The notes: a model not told the origin generated them from the sequence alone. Positions 39,654 to 49,331 are shown, counted from the first letter of the stretch. The stretch: DNA of 64,000 bases from Candidatus Latescibacterota bacterium (GCA_965243025.1 CBDETY010000003.1:6400001-6464000); one strand, 5' to 3'. Numbers and translations: made by a program.

Positions 39654-40553
39654 TCACCCCGCGGCCTCGGCCCTCTCTCCGGCGGCGTCCAGGCGCCGTT
39701 TGGCCTCGGCATAGGTCTCGGGAGAGAGAGGTCCCTTCGAGATGCCGGCGAGGTTTTCTTCGAGGTGATCGACGCGGGTCGTTCCCACGATGTTGGTGTC
39801 GGAGTGAGGGTGGGTGAGGGTGTAGCGCAGCAGGAACGAAGTGCGGCTCTCCTCCTCGACCAGCTCGTCGAGACGGGCGGCCTCGAACAGTTTCCACTTG
39901 TCCGCGCGCCTGCCTTTCGGGGCCGAAACGGGCTCACCCTGGGCAACCCCGCCGCGGATGACGATGCCGGTTCCCGCCTGCGAAGCCCTGGTGATCCACT
40001 CTTCGTGTTCCCGCTCCAGGGCCGAGTAGGGGATCTGGAACACGTCGAACGCCCCCCACTCGAGGAAGGCCGGCAGGTGCGGCAGGGTCGTCGACACGCC
40101 GATCCAGCGCACCTTGCCCTGCTCGCGCATATCCTCCAGCACCCTCACCAGATCGCCGGTCTCGCACTCCTCCACCGAGGGATTGTGGTACTGCATCAGG
40201 TCGACGTAATCCGTGCGCAGCCGTCCCAGGCTTTCGTGCAGCCCCCTGAAGGCGTTTTCCCGCGTCCAGATGTGGTCGCCGCCGCCGGGAGGGCATCCGC
40301 ACTTGGTGGCCAGGTAGAACTCGGAGCGGCGTCCCGAGAGGTGCCTGCCGATCTGCTCTTCGGCCGGCCTCGCCCAGTGCAGGCCGTAGTCGTTGGCGGT
40401 ATCCAGGAAATTGATTCCCGAGTCCAGCACCGTGTTCAGCAGGACGCCCCAGCGGTCGTCGTCGAGGCCGCTTCGCAGCGCGGTGCCGAACCCGAGGCGG
40501 GTGACTTCCAGGCCGGTGCGCCCGAGCTTCGCGGTTGGAATGGGTGGTGCCAT
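39654..40553 (-). CDS. Aldo/keto reductase
   Basis: LGRTGLEVTRLGFG, GINFLDTANDYG, LATKCG, SL.RLRTDYVDL.Q.H, GKVRWIGVS. Confidence 0.95.
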   Translation of the reverse strand: MAPPIPTAKLGRTGLEVTRLGFGTALRSGLDDDRWGVLLNTVLDSGINFLDTANDYGLHWARPAEEQIGRHLSGRRSEFYLATKCGCPPGGGDHIWTRENAFRGLHESLGRLRTDYVDLMQYHNPSVEECETGDLVRVLEDMREQGKVRWIGVSTTLPHLPAFLEWGAFDVFQIPYSALEREHEEWITRASQAGTGIVIRGGVAQGEPVSAPKGRRADKWKLFEAARLDELVEEESRTSFLLRYTLTHPHSDTNIVGTTRVDHLEENLAGISKGPLSPETYAEAKRRLDAAGERAEAAG

Positions 40554-40776
40554 GTCGTCTCCTCTGTCAGCGGGCAGGTTACCGCGTGTGATGAACAGGA
40601 CCGGAGCAGGTCATCTCAGCGGACGGTACGCCACTGACTCGAACTACAGCATGTCGTGCACACGAACCGGCGCCGCATCAGCATGATCCCCTTTCTGCTC
40701 TTGCCTCTCGGGTATCGTCTGAAATGTCGGAGTACAGGGCAAGGCCCGGACCGGGGCGGGCTCGAGCGCTTCGCTT

Positions 40777-40836
40777 TGCGGCCATCGCCCTGGGTGGGCG
40801 GACCTTCGGTGCGGGGACAAGCGATTCATCAGAGGC
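40777..40836 (+). repeat. Direct repeat D, left copy
   Basis: 60 bp, 51/60 identical to 43535-43594. Confidence 0.85.
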
Positions 40837-40904
40837 AGGGACCCCGTTGGTCCTTGCGCATGTTCTGAACGAACTGCAAGGTACCGTTTTCGCTGCCGCC
40901 ACCC

Positions 40905-41696
40905 ATGCGCCTGTACACCTGCCTGCTGAAGCTCCAGCTGCTCAACGCACTGGCCTACCGCTTCGAGTACCTGTCCTCGATCGGACGGAACCTGTTCTTC
41001 CTCCTCGGTTCCGTCTTCCTCTGGCGCACCGCGTATCGCGGGATCGACCAGGTCGCCGGAGTCACCGAGGCGCAGATGGTCACCTATGCCGTCGTCGCCG
41101 TGCTGATGAACGCATGCTTCATCGTCAGCATCGACAACCTGCTCTTCGGCAAGATCCGCGCAGGCGAGATCGCCCTCGACCTGATACGGCCGGTGAACCT
41201 CGTCTGGTACTGGTTGACCGAAGATGTGGGGCGTTCGCTGGCGGCGGTCACGCAGTTCGCCCTGCCCCTGCTGGCCGTCTCCCTCCTCTTCGTTGCTCCG
41301 CCCCTGCCGGCAGGGGTTGGGGCTTGGGTGCTGTTCCTGCCGAGCTGTGCGCTGAGCTTCCTGCTGCTGTGGCAGTTGAGCGTCCTGGTGGGAATGACGG
41401 CTTTCTGGGTCACCGACTTCGGGGACGTGAGCGCGGTGAAGACCAGCCTCGTCTTCGCCCTGTCGGGCCGGCTGGTGCCGATGTGGCTGTTCCCCGACTT
41501 CATCGCCGATGCATCGCGGTGGCTGCCCTTCCAGTACATGTTCCAGGTGCCCCTGGAGATCTACATCGGCCGCGTCTCCGGCCAGGAGGTCGTCCACATC
41601 CTCTCCGCGCAGGCCGTCTGGGTCGCGGTCTTCGCCCTGCTCACAGGGTTCGTCTGGAGGCGCGCCCAGCGGCGGGTCTTCGTGCAGGGAGGATAG
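40905..41696 (+). CDS. ABC-2 family transporter permease
   Basis: LAYRFEY, IRAGEIALDLIRP, LSGRLVP..LFP, LPFQY...P..IY.G, VQGG terminus. Confidence 0.92.
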   Translation: MRLYTCLLKLQLLNALAYRFEYLSSIGRNLFFLLGSVFLWRTAYRGIDQVAGVTEAQMVTYAVVAVLMNACFIVSIDNLLFGKIRAGEIALDLIRPVNLVWYWLTEDVGRSLAAVTQFALPLLAVSLLFVAPPLPAGVGAWVLFLPSCALSFLLLWQLSVLVGMTAFWVTDFGDVSAVKTSLVFALSGRLVPMWLFPDFIADASRWLPFQYMFQVPLEIYIGRVSGQEVVHILSAQAVWVAVFALLTGFVWRRAQRRVFVQGG

Positions 41697-41703
41697 GCAG
41701 CCG

Positions 41704-42519
41704 GTGATCGCCGACGTGCGCCATCACTTGTCCGTTGCCGCCCTGTACGGCCGCCTGTCGATGCAGCGGTCGCTGGAGTATCCGTTCTCGCTGCTGAGCA
41801 TCTGCCTCGGACTGGGGTTCAACTACGTCTGGATCGGCGTCGCCCTGAAGGTGCTGGTCGACCGGTTCCAGCCGCTGTCGGGATGGACCTTCTCGCAGCT
41901 CGCTTTCCTGTACGGGCTGAGCCTGATGAGCCGCGGCGTCATGTCCATCCTGTCGTTCCAGTCGCGGCAGATCGACCGCTTTGTCACCCGCGGCGAGTTC
42001 GACCTGATGCTTCTCAGACCCCTGGAGATCACCTTCCACTTCTCCTGCAACCGGATCAACTTGGTCGGCCTCGTGCATCTCGGCATCGGCGCCGGCTACT
42101 TCCTCTACGGGGCCCGGCTGTCCGGCTTTGTCTGGACGCCGCTGCACGTCGCCGAGGTGCTCCTCGTCATCGCCGGCGGGACCTTGATCTACTGGTCTTT
42201 CCTAACCCTCGTCAGCTCCATCGCGTTCTGGACCATGCGCAGCCAGCCCCTCGTCGACGCCAGCATGGAACTGATGGCGCGCGGCACGTTCTACCCGCTG
42301 ACCGTGTACCCCTGGCCCCTGCAGGCGCTGCTGACCTTCGTGCTTCCCCTCGGCTTCATCGGGTTCTACCCCGCCTGCCACTTCCTCGGCCAGAGCGCCA
42401 ACACTTCACTGCCCCTCGACGTGGCCCTGTGGACCCCCGCCGTGGGTGCCGCCATGCTCGTACTGGCCCTGGCCGTCTTTGCCGCCGGGCTTCGCCGCTA
42501 CGAAAGCGCCGGGTCGTAG
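41704..42519 (+). CDS. ABC-2 family transporter permease
   Basis: SLEYPFS, GWTFSQLAFLYG, GEFDLMLLRP, YPLTVYP, GLRRYESAGS terminus. Confidence 0.92.
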   Translation: MIADVRHHLSVAALYGRLSMQRSLEYPFSLLSICLGLGFNYVWIGVALKVLVDRFQPLSGWTFSQLAFLYGLSLMSRGVMSILSFQSRQIDRFVTRGEFDLMLLRPLEITFHFSCNRINLVGLVHLGIGAGYFLYGARLSGFVWTPLHVAEVLLVIAGGTLIYWSFLTLVSSIAFWTMRSQPLVDASMELMARGTFYPLTVYPWPLQALLTFVLPLGFIGFYPACHFLGQSANTSLPLDVALWTPAVGAAMLVLALAVFAAGLRRYESAGS

Positions 42520-42522
42520 GCA

Positions 42523-43521
42523 ATGGCACACATAGAGCTGGAGAGGGTTTGCAAGACCTTCCGCGTGACCCGGAAGCAGAAGGGGCTGGCCGGCGCGGTG
42601 AAGGGCCTGTTCCGGCCCGACCGGCGTGAAGTGCACGCGGTGCGCGACGTGAGCTTTGCGATCGAGCCGGGCGAGCTGGTCGGCTTCATCGGTCCCAACG
42701 GCGCTGGGAAGTCGACGACGATCAAGATGCTCTCCGGCATCCTCTATCCCACCTCCGGGCGCGTCTCCGTCGTCGGCCTCTCGCCCCAGCAGAAGCGGCG
42801 GGCGGTCGTTCAACGCATCGGCGCCGTGTTCGGCCAGCGCAGCCAGCTGAACTGGGACCTGCGCCTGGGGGAGTCCTACGAGCTGTTCAAGCGGATCTAC
42901 CGCATTGCCGACGACGACTTCGAGCGGAGCCTGGCCGAGCTCTGCGAAGTCCTCGGAATCGCCGACCTTCTCGACACACCGGTGCGGCAGATGTCCCTCG
43001 GGCAACGCATGCGCGGGGAACTGGCAGGCGCCATGCTGCACGAGCCGGACATCCTGTTTCTCGACGAGCCCACGATGGGCATGGACATCGAGGTGAAAGC
43101 GGCGATCCGCACATTCATCCGCGACATCAACGAGCGCCGGGGCACCACCGTGCTGCTCACCACGCACGACCTGGACGACGTGGAGGAGCTCTGCGAGCGG
43201 CTGATCATCATCAACCAGGGACGCATCATCGAAGACGGCCCCCTGGCGGCGCTCGTCGACTCGATCACCCCGCACCGCTACCTGATCGTCGAGTGCGAAC
43301 CCGGCGCCGGAGAGCCGCTGGCCGGCTTCGCCCACGACCACGCGGAGATCCTCGAACGGCGGGACAGTGTCGTCCGCATCCGCTTTGCGAGGAGCCACGT
43401 GTCGGCGTCGGCGCTGATCTCGGAGCTGTCGGCCCGCTACCCGGTGCGCGACGTGTCCGTCCAGGAGCCCGACATCGAGGACGTGATTCGCACGGTCTAC
43501 GGGCGCGAGGTGGAGGGTTAG
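42523..43521 (+). CDS. ABC transporter ATP-binding protein
   Basis: GPNGAGKST, MSLGQRMR, LFLDEPT, TTHDL. Confidence 0.96.
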   Translation: MAHIELERVCKTFRVTRKQKGLAGAVKGLFRPDRREVHAVRDVSFAIEPGELVGFIGPNGAGKSTTIKMLSGILYPTSGRVSVVGLSPQQKRRAVVQRIGAVFGQRSQLNWDLRLGESYELFKRIYRIADDDFERSLAELCEVLGIADLLDTPVRQMSLGQRMRGELAGAMLHEPDILFLDEPTMGMDIEVKAAIRTFIRDINERRGTTVLLTTHDLDDVEELCERLIIINQGRIIEDGPLAALVDSITPHRYLIVECEPGAGEPLAGFAHDHAEILERRDSVVRIRFARSHVSASALISELSARYPVRDVSVQEPDIEDVIRTVYGREVEG

Positions 43522-43534
43522 ACGGGGTCAGGCC

Positions 43535-43594
43535 TGCGGCCGTCGCCTGGGGTGGGCGACCCTTCGGTGGGAGGCCAAGCGATTCATCAGGGGC
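43535..43594 (+). repeat. Direct repeat D, right copy
   Basis: Matches 40777-40836; the pair brackets the ABC operon. Confidence 0.85.
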
Positions 43595-43744
43595 CTCTGT
43601 AGAACCTTTGCTTACGTTTTTTGGGGACGGCCTGACCGATATCAGTGCCTGATTTACCCGGGACAATCCGCCCGGTGATTCCGGGCCCTGAGGGTGAGGG
43701 GGCACGGGTAGAAACACCCAAATTATTGTCCGAAGAGATGAGCC

Positions 43745-44230
43745 ATGTCTGAACCACCATTCGATCTCGACAGCGCTGACCGCTGGTTCGGCATCGAGCT
43801 GAACAATCGCACCATGGACGCACTGGAGGCCGGACGGGTGACGCCGGAGACCGGCGAGCCGTTCATCCACGCCGCTCACGCCAGCTGCCACCACTGGATG
43901 CAGGTCGGGACCGTCGCCAACCACGGCCGGGGGGAGTTCGCCGTGGCCAGCGTCTATGCCGCGGCCGGACTGGGAGAGGCGGCCCTGCGCCACGCCCGGC
44001 GCTGCCTGGAGCTGGTGGAAGCCCACCCCGGGGAGATGGCGGACTGGGACCTGGCTTTCGCATACGACGCCCTGGCGAGAGCCTACGCCGCCGCCGGAGA
44101 GGTCGATGCGGCGCGTCGGACCAGGGAGCAGGCGAAGGCCGCTGGCGAAGCCATTTCCGAGGAGGAGGACCGCGTCTATTTCATGCGCTGGTTCGAAGGG
44201 GGGAACTGGCACGGGCTGCAGGAAGGATAG
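43745..44230 (+). CDS. Helical (TPR-like) hypothetical protein
   Basis: IHAAHASCHHW...N..RGE, DWDLAFAYDALARAYAAAG; GC3-rich coding pattern. Confidence 0.75.
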   Translation: MSEPPFDLDSADRWFGIELNNRTMDALEAGRVTPETGEPFIHAAHASCHHWMQVGTVANHGRGEFAVASVYAAAGLGEAALRHARRCLELVEAHPGEMADWDLAFAYDALARAYAAAGEVDAARRTREQAKAAGEAISEEEDRVYFMRWFEGGNWHGLQEG

Positions 44231-44332
44231 CCTGTCCCCTCGCGTTTCAGCTCCTGTTCGCATTTGACCCGGCCCCTATCGGCCGGGAAAGAGAAAACTC
44301 CACCCCTACCTCACCATTCAGGCCCCTCCTCC

Positions 44333-46132
44333 ATGCTGCGCGTTCTTGTAGTCCTGCTCCTCAGCCTGACTGCCTGCTCGCGGGATCGACCCGCGACGAC
44401 GGGCTTCCTCGACGTGGACCTGTCCGCCGATCCCCGGCAGGTTCAGGACCTGCCGGGTTCTCAATTGAGGGATCCGAATGCAGCCGCGCCCAAAACCCGG
44501 AGCTCTTCGGTCTGGCTGGAGCCGTCGCCGTCTTCGTTTTCTTTCAATGAAGACGATTCGGCCTGGAGGACTATTACGGTCCGCACCTCTTCCGATCTGG
44601 ACAGTGTTCTTGTCGTCGTCAATCCGACCGGAAAGGACAAGGCGTTGGAAGTGGCCGGGGGACGTTCACCGCCGTCGCGGAATTTCTGTCCCGCGGAGAA
44701 CAACGACAGCCCTGCAAGAGCGCGGCGCAACGGGTGGTCATTGCATTTATCCGCCTGTGAGGCCGGCGAGACGGAGATCGTCATATTCGATTACAATCAG
44801 ACAGAACTGGCTCGGTATGCCGTCCAGGTCGCTGAATCCAGCAACAGGACCGGCTCTTCGGTCTGGCTGGAGCCGCCGCCGTCTTCGGTTTCTTTCAGCG
44901 AAGACGATTCGGCCTGGAGGACTTTTACGGTCCGCACTTCTTCCGATCTGGACAGTGTTCTTGTCGTCGTCAATCCGACCGGAAAGGACAAGGCGTTGGA
45001 AGTGGCCGGGGGACGTTCACCGCCGTCGCGGAATTACTGTCCCGCCGAAGCCAACGACAGTCCTTCAAGAGCGCGGAGAAACTGGTGGTCATTGCATTTG
45101 TCCGCCTGTGAGGCTGGCGAGACGGAGATCGCCGTCTATGATTTCGAGGGCGTTGAACTGGCCCGCTATACGATTGAAGTTGCCGACCAGTTTGAGCCCA
45201 AGCCGGATTATCCCGAGCGCTGGATGGACGATCTGCCCGATCATTCGGTCTTCGATATCGAACTGGTATTCCTCGACGACTTTGCCCAGTGGCAAAAGGA
45301 CGAGATGCGGTGGGCGGCTGACCTCTGGGAACTGGCATTTACCGACGAGCTTCCCGATGCAGATATCGATCATTTGCAGGCCTGGCTTCCGTTTAATGAT
45401 ATCGCCTTCTCCTGCGGTAATCATTTCATAGAGGAACCAGGCGGAGTCATCGACGACGTCAAGGTTTACGTAGCAAAGCACGAGAAATCCTGGTTTCTGG
45501 CTGTTGGCGGCCCTCAATTGGCTCGAGCAGGACTGAATCGGACGACCGTGTTGGGATGTATAGAGATAAGGGACGAGCAATACCTCAATTTCGACCAGGT
45601 TTTTGCCCACGAGCTGGGGCATGTTCTTGGAATTGGAACCAGCGGTTTCGTACACGACCCAAACAGCGAGCACCGCGTCATTGCCAGCAACACTCTTTAT
45701 TATGAATATCCTCCCGGAACCGCTGAAAGCGATAAACGGAATACACACACATACCTCATAGCACCGGAAGCTCAGCGCGCGTTCAGGGAAATGGGAAATT
45801 GGCCGACTGAAGAGATTCCACTTGCCGGGGGGCATTGGGCGCAATACCCGCTCGGCAACTCGGTCATGACCCTCGGAAACAGGACTGTTTTCGAACCTAG
45901 GATTACTGAAGTCGACCTCGGTCTCCTGTCGCATCTCGGCTATCCCGTCGGCAGTTCGCCGACCAAGCCTGTCCATTTCATACGGGCTGTTCCCTTTGCT
46001 GACGGAGAGTACGAGCTCGAAGGCTGGAACCTGGAAGTGCCGCATCCCCGGCTGCAGAGGATTTATGGCAAGCCTGTAGCTGGTCCGGATGTATGGTGCG
46101 GCGTCGGGCACAATCTGCAGCAGCCAAGGTGA
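44333..46132 (+). CDS. Lipoprotein with tandem 117-aa repeat and C-terminal zincin metalloprotease domain
   Basis: MLRVLVVLLLSLTAC lipobox; two near-identical repeats; FAHELGHVLGIG, GGHW, SVMT (leishmanolysin-like spacing). Confidence 0.82.
   Translation: MLRVLVVLLLSLTACSRDRPATTGFLDVDLSADPRQVQDLPGSQLRDPNAAAPKTRSSSVWLEPSPSSFSFNEDDSAWRTITVRTSSDLDSVLVVVNPTGKDKALEVAGGRSPPSRNFCPAENNDSPARARRNGWSLHLSACEAGETEIVIFDYNQTELARYAVQVAESSNRTGSSVWLEPPPSSVSFSEDDSAWRTFTVRTSSDLDSVLVVVNPTGKDKALEVAGGRSPPSRNYCPAEANDSPSRARRNWWSLHLSACEAGETEIAVYDFEGVELARYTIEVADQFEPKPDYPERWMDDLPDHSVFDIELVFLDDFAQWQKDEMRWAADLWELAFTDELPDADIDHLQAWLPFNDIAFSCGNHFIEEPGGVIDDVKVYVAKHEKSWFLAVGGPQLARAGLNRTTVLGCIEIRDEQYLNFDQVFAHELGHVLGIGTSGFVHDPNSEHRVIASNTLYYEYPPGTAESDKRNTHTYLIAPEAQRAFREMGNWPTEEIPLAGGHWAQYPLGNSVMTLGNRTVFEPRITEVDLGLLSHLGYPVGSSPTKPVHFIRAVPFADGEYELEGWNLEVPHPRLQRIYGKPVAGPDVWCGVGHNLQQPR
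44502..45186 (+). repeat. Intragenic tandem repeat, period 351 bp
   Basis: GCTCTTCGGTCTGGCTGGAGCCG at 44502 and 44853; long identical stretches. Confidence 0.95.
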
Positions 46133-46150
46133 AACACCCACAAGTACATC

Positions 46151-46246
46151 ATGACCTGCCGCGTCGAGGTCGGGCGGCAGTTCGTCGTCATCGCGACGGG
46201 CACTGGATCGGACGCCGGGCTCGTCGCCTTCGCGCGACCGAAGTAG
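46151..46246 (+). pseudogene. C-terminal remnant of a PQQ-dependent dehydrogenase gene
   Basis: MTCRVEVGRQFVVIATGTGSDAGLVAFARPK* matches the PMTY...GRQYVVIA.G...LVAF.LP terminus of quinoprotein dehydrogenases. Confidence 0.65.
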
Positions 46247-46262
46247 CCAACAGGAGGTTTTA

Positions 46263-47000
46263 ATGCTGACTGACGAACAGATGCGGCAGTTTAGAGAAGA
46301 TGGCTATCTCGTTTTTGCAGCCCTGATACAAGGCGAGCGATTGGCCTACTACAAGCAGGTGTTTGATGAATTGGTCGCAGAGGGGTGCAAATTGACCGAG
46401 GAGGCACCACACTGGACGCTCGAGTTGGACGAGCGCGGTGAACCCCGGGCGGGTTTGTTGCACAAAATTCAGGGGGTTTGCGTGGTCGATGCCCGCGTGT
46501 TGGAACTGGCGCGTGAACCGGCGATTTTAGACCGCGTGGCTGTATTGATCGGTGAAAATGTCGATGTGTTTGGCACCAAGTTTTTTCCGAAGTTGCCCAA
46601 TGGCGGCACTTCAACGGGCTGGCACCAGGACAATTTTTATTTTGGCACCGATACGGATCGCATTATCAGTTGCGGGATTTATCTTGAAGATTCAGATGTG
46701 GAGAATGGGTGTTTGCGGGTGGTGCCTGGCAGTCACCGGATGGGCGAGATTGTCGAGCACCGCCCAAATCCAAGCAGCCATGGCAGTTGGACACAGGTCG
46801 ATGAATCGCGGGCTGTGGATCTGGTTATTCCCGCTGGTACGGTTGTTTTGTTTTCCGCCAATCTGCTGCACGGCTCTTATGATAACCACAGCAATCGCAC
46901 GCGCTATAGTACGGCATGGCATTATCTGCCCGAAGAACTCAATTCAGAAAAGTTTCCAAAGGGCATTTACGAAGATCGACATGTGGCGTGTAAGCATTGA
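46263..47000 (+). CDS. PhyH-family dioxygenase (lower GC)
   Basis: LTDEQMRQFREDGY, WHQD, ENGCLRVVPGSH, AGTVVLFSANLLHGS.DN.S.R.R; AGGAGG RBS. Confidence 0.93.
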   Translation: MLTDEQMRQFREDGYLVFAALIQGERLAYYKQVFDELVAEGCKLTEEAPHWTLELDERGEPRAGLLHKIQGVCVVDARVLELAREPAILDRVAVLIGENVDVFGTKFFPKLPNGGTSTGWHQDNFYFGTDTDRIISCGIYLEDSDVENGCLRVVPGSHRMGEIVEHRPNPSSHGSWTQVDESRAVDLVIPAGTVVLFSANLLHGSYDNHSNRTRYSTAWHYLPEELNSEKFPKGIYEDRHVACKH

Positions 47001-47116
47001 GAAGCGGAGGCTGGTGTACCCTCAAGTACTAGCTTGACCCTGAAACGCGCCACCCGGCCGGCAGCGGCAGTTGAGCCTCAGCTGACTGGCGGTCCGTGAC
47101 TGCAGGCACACCGGGG

Positions 47117-47931
47117 CTACCTGGTCGCGGTCAACTCGAAGGTCAGCGGCAGGAAGTCCCCGTCGAACGGCAGACGCCAGAGGCCGTCGCCCCCCCGGGT
47201 CATGCCGGGAAACTGCTTGTACAGGGTTGCCGGGTGCTCCGCGAAAGACGTGAGGCGAAGGCCCGAGCCGAGCAAGGCGGTGAGAATCTCCCCGATGCTG
47301 TGCTGCCACTCGTGGCAGGGGGACTCGATCGGCTCGTCCCCTGCATAGGAGGGCCCGCCGCCTGGAAAGGACATGCCCTCAGGGTCCGGAAAGTAGCCGT
47401 ACCGGACGTTGAGATCCCCTGGCGAATCGAGCCGTGTCTCGTCGTAGACCTGGCTCGCGGGATGAATCTCCAGCAGGTAGAAGAGCCCGCCGGGCTTCAG
47501 GTACCGCGCCGCCACCTCCCCCCAGGCGGAAGGTCCGGGAGCCAGGCGAGAACCCCCATGGCCGTGTAGACGATGTCGAACCCGGCATCGAGGACCCGCG
47601 GCAGGTCGTAGATGTCGGAACGCACGAACCTGGCGTCCAGCCCGGCCTCGTCGTTGAGTTTCCGCGCAAGGTCAATGGCAGCCTCGGAGAGGTCCACGCC
47701 TGTGGCTTTTGCGCCGAGCCGCGCCCAGGACAGGGTGTCCAGGCCGAAATGGCATTGCAGGTGCAGGAGCGACTTGCCGCGGATGTCGCCGACCCCGGCG
47801 CGTTCGAACTGGCTCAGGGTGATCCGTCCGTCCTTGAAGCCCGCCACGTCGTAGAAGTCGGATCCGGCGTGCACTCCCGTGCGTTCGTTCCAGTTCGCGC
47901 GGTTCAGCGCGATTCGCGGGTCACTGGTCAT
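47117..47931 (-). pseudogene. Class I SAM-dependent methyltransferase split by a -1 frameshift near 47527 (possibly a sequencing error)
   Basis: 5' part LLHLQCHFGLDTLSWARLGA..TGVDLS..GVLAWLPDL; 3' part VAARYLKPGG.FYL.E.HP...EWQHS; one added base restores LPAWGEVAARY. Confidence 0.85.
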
Positions 47932-48019
47932 GGTGAGGGGGAAGTTGGTTTGGTGTCGCCGAAAGCGACGGTTTTCTTGAATTCCGCAAGTTCGCAGGAA
48001 GCCAATACTTCAGACTCCA

Positions 48020-49273
48020 CTATTGCTCGAGCCGGCGCACGGTCCTGCCGCCCTGCACGGCCTCATGGAGTTCCCTGAACGCATCGCTGCCGTCGTCGGG
48101 AACCGCTTCCAGGGTCGATCCCTCCTCGCAGGTCGGCATGGCGTCCTTCGGATAGACCGAGTGGAGCTCCTGCTTGGTGCAACCGTAGTAGGTGGCTTCT
48201 CCGCTGGCGCGGCCATAGCGGTAGACATGGCGGGGCAGGTCCACGAATGAGTAGTCCACCTCGTATCTCTGCATGGCTTCCCGATCGACTTCCACACCGA
48301 TACCCGGTTTTTCAGGCACACGGTAGAAACCGCCGCGCAGCTCGATCGGTTCTGAAATGAGCTGGCTTTCCCAGATATTCATGCAGGTAATCGCCGGCCA
48401 CCTGGCTTGAGCGCATACGGCGCCGAGGTGGGCGGCCCATGTCGTGGTGATCCCGGTGCCGACGAGTTGCAGCCAGAAAGGCTTGTTCGCTTCCTCGCAA
48501 ACGGTCGCCTGTTTCAGCAGGCTGTGGGCGCCGGCGCAGAGAACGAAGCCGTCCGCCACGTCTTCGTGCAGCGCGGTCAGGATGGGCGGCGAACCGAAGT
48601 GCATGGCCACAGGCCGGTTGATGCGCTGGCGGATCTGCTTGTTGCCGGCGACGTCATCCTGCGGAATCGGGGTTTCGATCATGGCGACCTGCCCGTACTG
48701 TTCGAGGGTCTTGAGGAACTCGACGGCATTGGCCGCGTTCGCGAGGGTTCCGTTGAAGTCCAGGTCCAGCTTGAACTGCGGGGGCACGTCCTGAATGATG
48801 GCCTCGATGGCTTCATGCAGATCATACCAGGTCCGCGCCTTGAGTTTGGAGGACATGTAACCCTGCCCGACGGCATCGACGCATTGTTGGGCCCAGTCTT
48901 TCGGAGGCATGTCCATCGCCCACCAGGAGAGCGGACACCATTCCCGGATTTTCGTCCCCAGAAGCCGGTATGCAGGAGTGTTCAAGGCTTTGCCCACGGC
49001 GTCGAAGAGCGCAATCTGGACGCCGGCGCCCAGACCGTCCTCCCACAACAGATCGCCGGCTTCGCGCCCGACAATCTGTTCCTCGATATCGCCGGGCACC
49101 CCGGCCCAGGTGTAGTTGGGAATGGTTTCGCCCCAGCCGGTCACACCGTTGTCGAGGGTGATTCTGCAGACCTGGACAATGCGCCAGTGCGGCAGCCAGT
49201 ACTGCATGTGTTCGTTGGTGTGAGGGGTGAAAGGAACGTCCAGGTAAGTGAGTTCGACGTCGGCGATTTTCAT
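48020..49273 (-). CDS. Enolase-superfamily enzyme (MR/MLE-like)
   Basis: GWGET, IALFDAVGKAL..P.YRLLG, KLKAR, LDFN, IETP, PGIGVEVD. Confidence 0.88.
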   Translation of the reverse strand: MKIADVELTYLDVPFTPHTNEHMQYWLPHWRIVQVCRITLDNGVTGWGETIPNYTWAGVPGDIEEQIVGREAGDLLWEDGLGAGVQIALFDAVGKALNTPAYRLLGTKIREWCPLSWWAMDMPPKDWAQQCVDAVGQGYMSSKLKARTWYDLHEAIEAIIQDVPPQFKLDLDFNGTLANAANAVEFLKTLEQYGQVAMIETPIPQDDVAGNKQIRQRINRPVAMHFGSPPILTALHEDVADGFVLCAGAHSLLKQATVCEEANKPFWLQLVGTGITTTWAAHLGAVCAQARWPAITCMNIWESQLISEPIELRGGFYRVPEKPGIGVEVDREAMQRYEVDYSFVDLPRHVYRYGRASGEATYYGCTKQELHSVYPKDAMPTCEEGSTLEAVPDDGSDAFRELHEAVQGGRTVRRLEQ

Positions 49274-49331
49274 GGCTGTTTCCTTCCTTTATTTGACCGA
49301 GTTGCCACTTCAATATGAAAAGGAGCGGTAA

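Noticed and set aside
39257-39946. 230-aa N-terminal extension of ORF 37445..39946 (likewise extensions of 9739, 32754, 41509, 53891, 56019)
   Set aside because: Low-complexity Arg/Pro-rich translations overlapping neighbours; better starts with RBS or family N-termini lie downstream.
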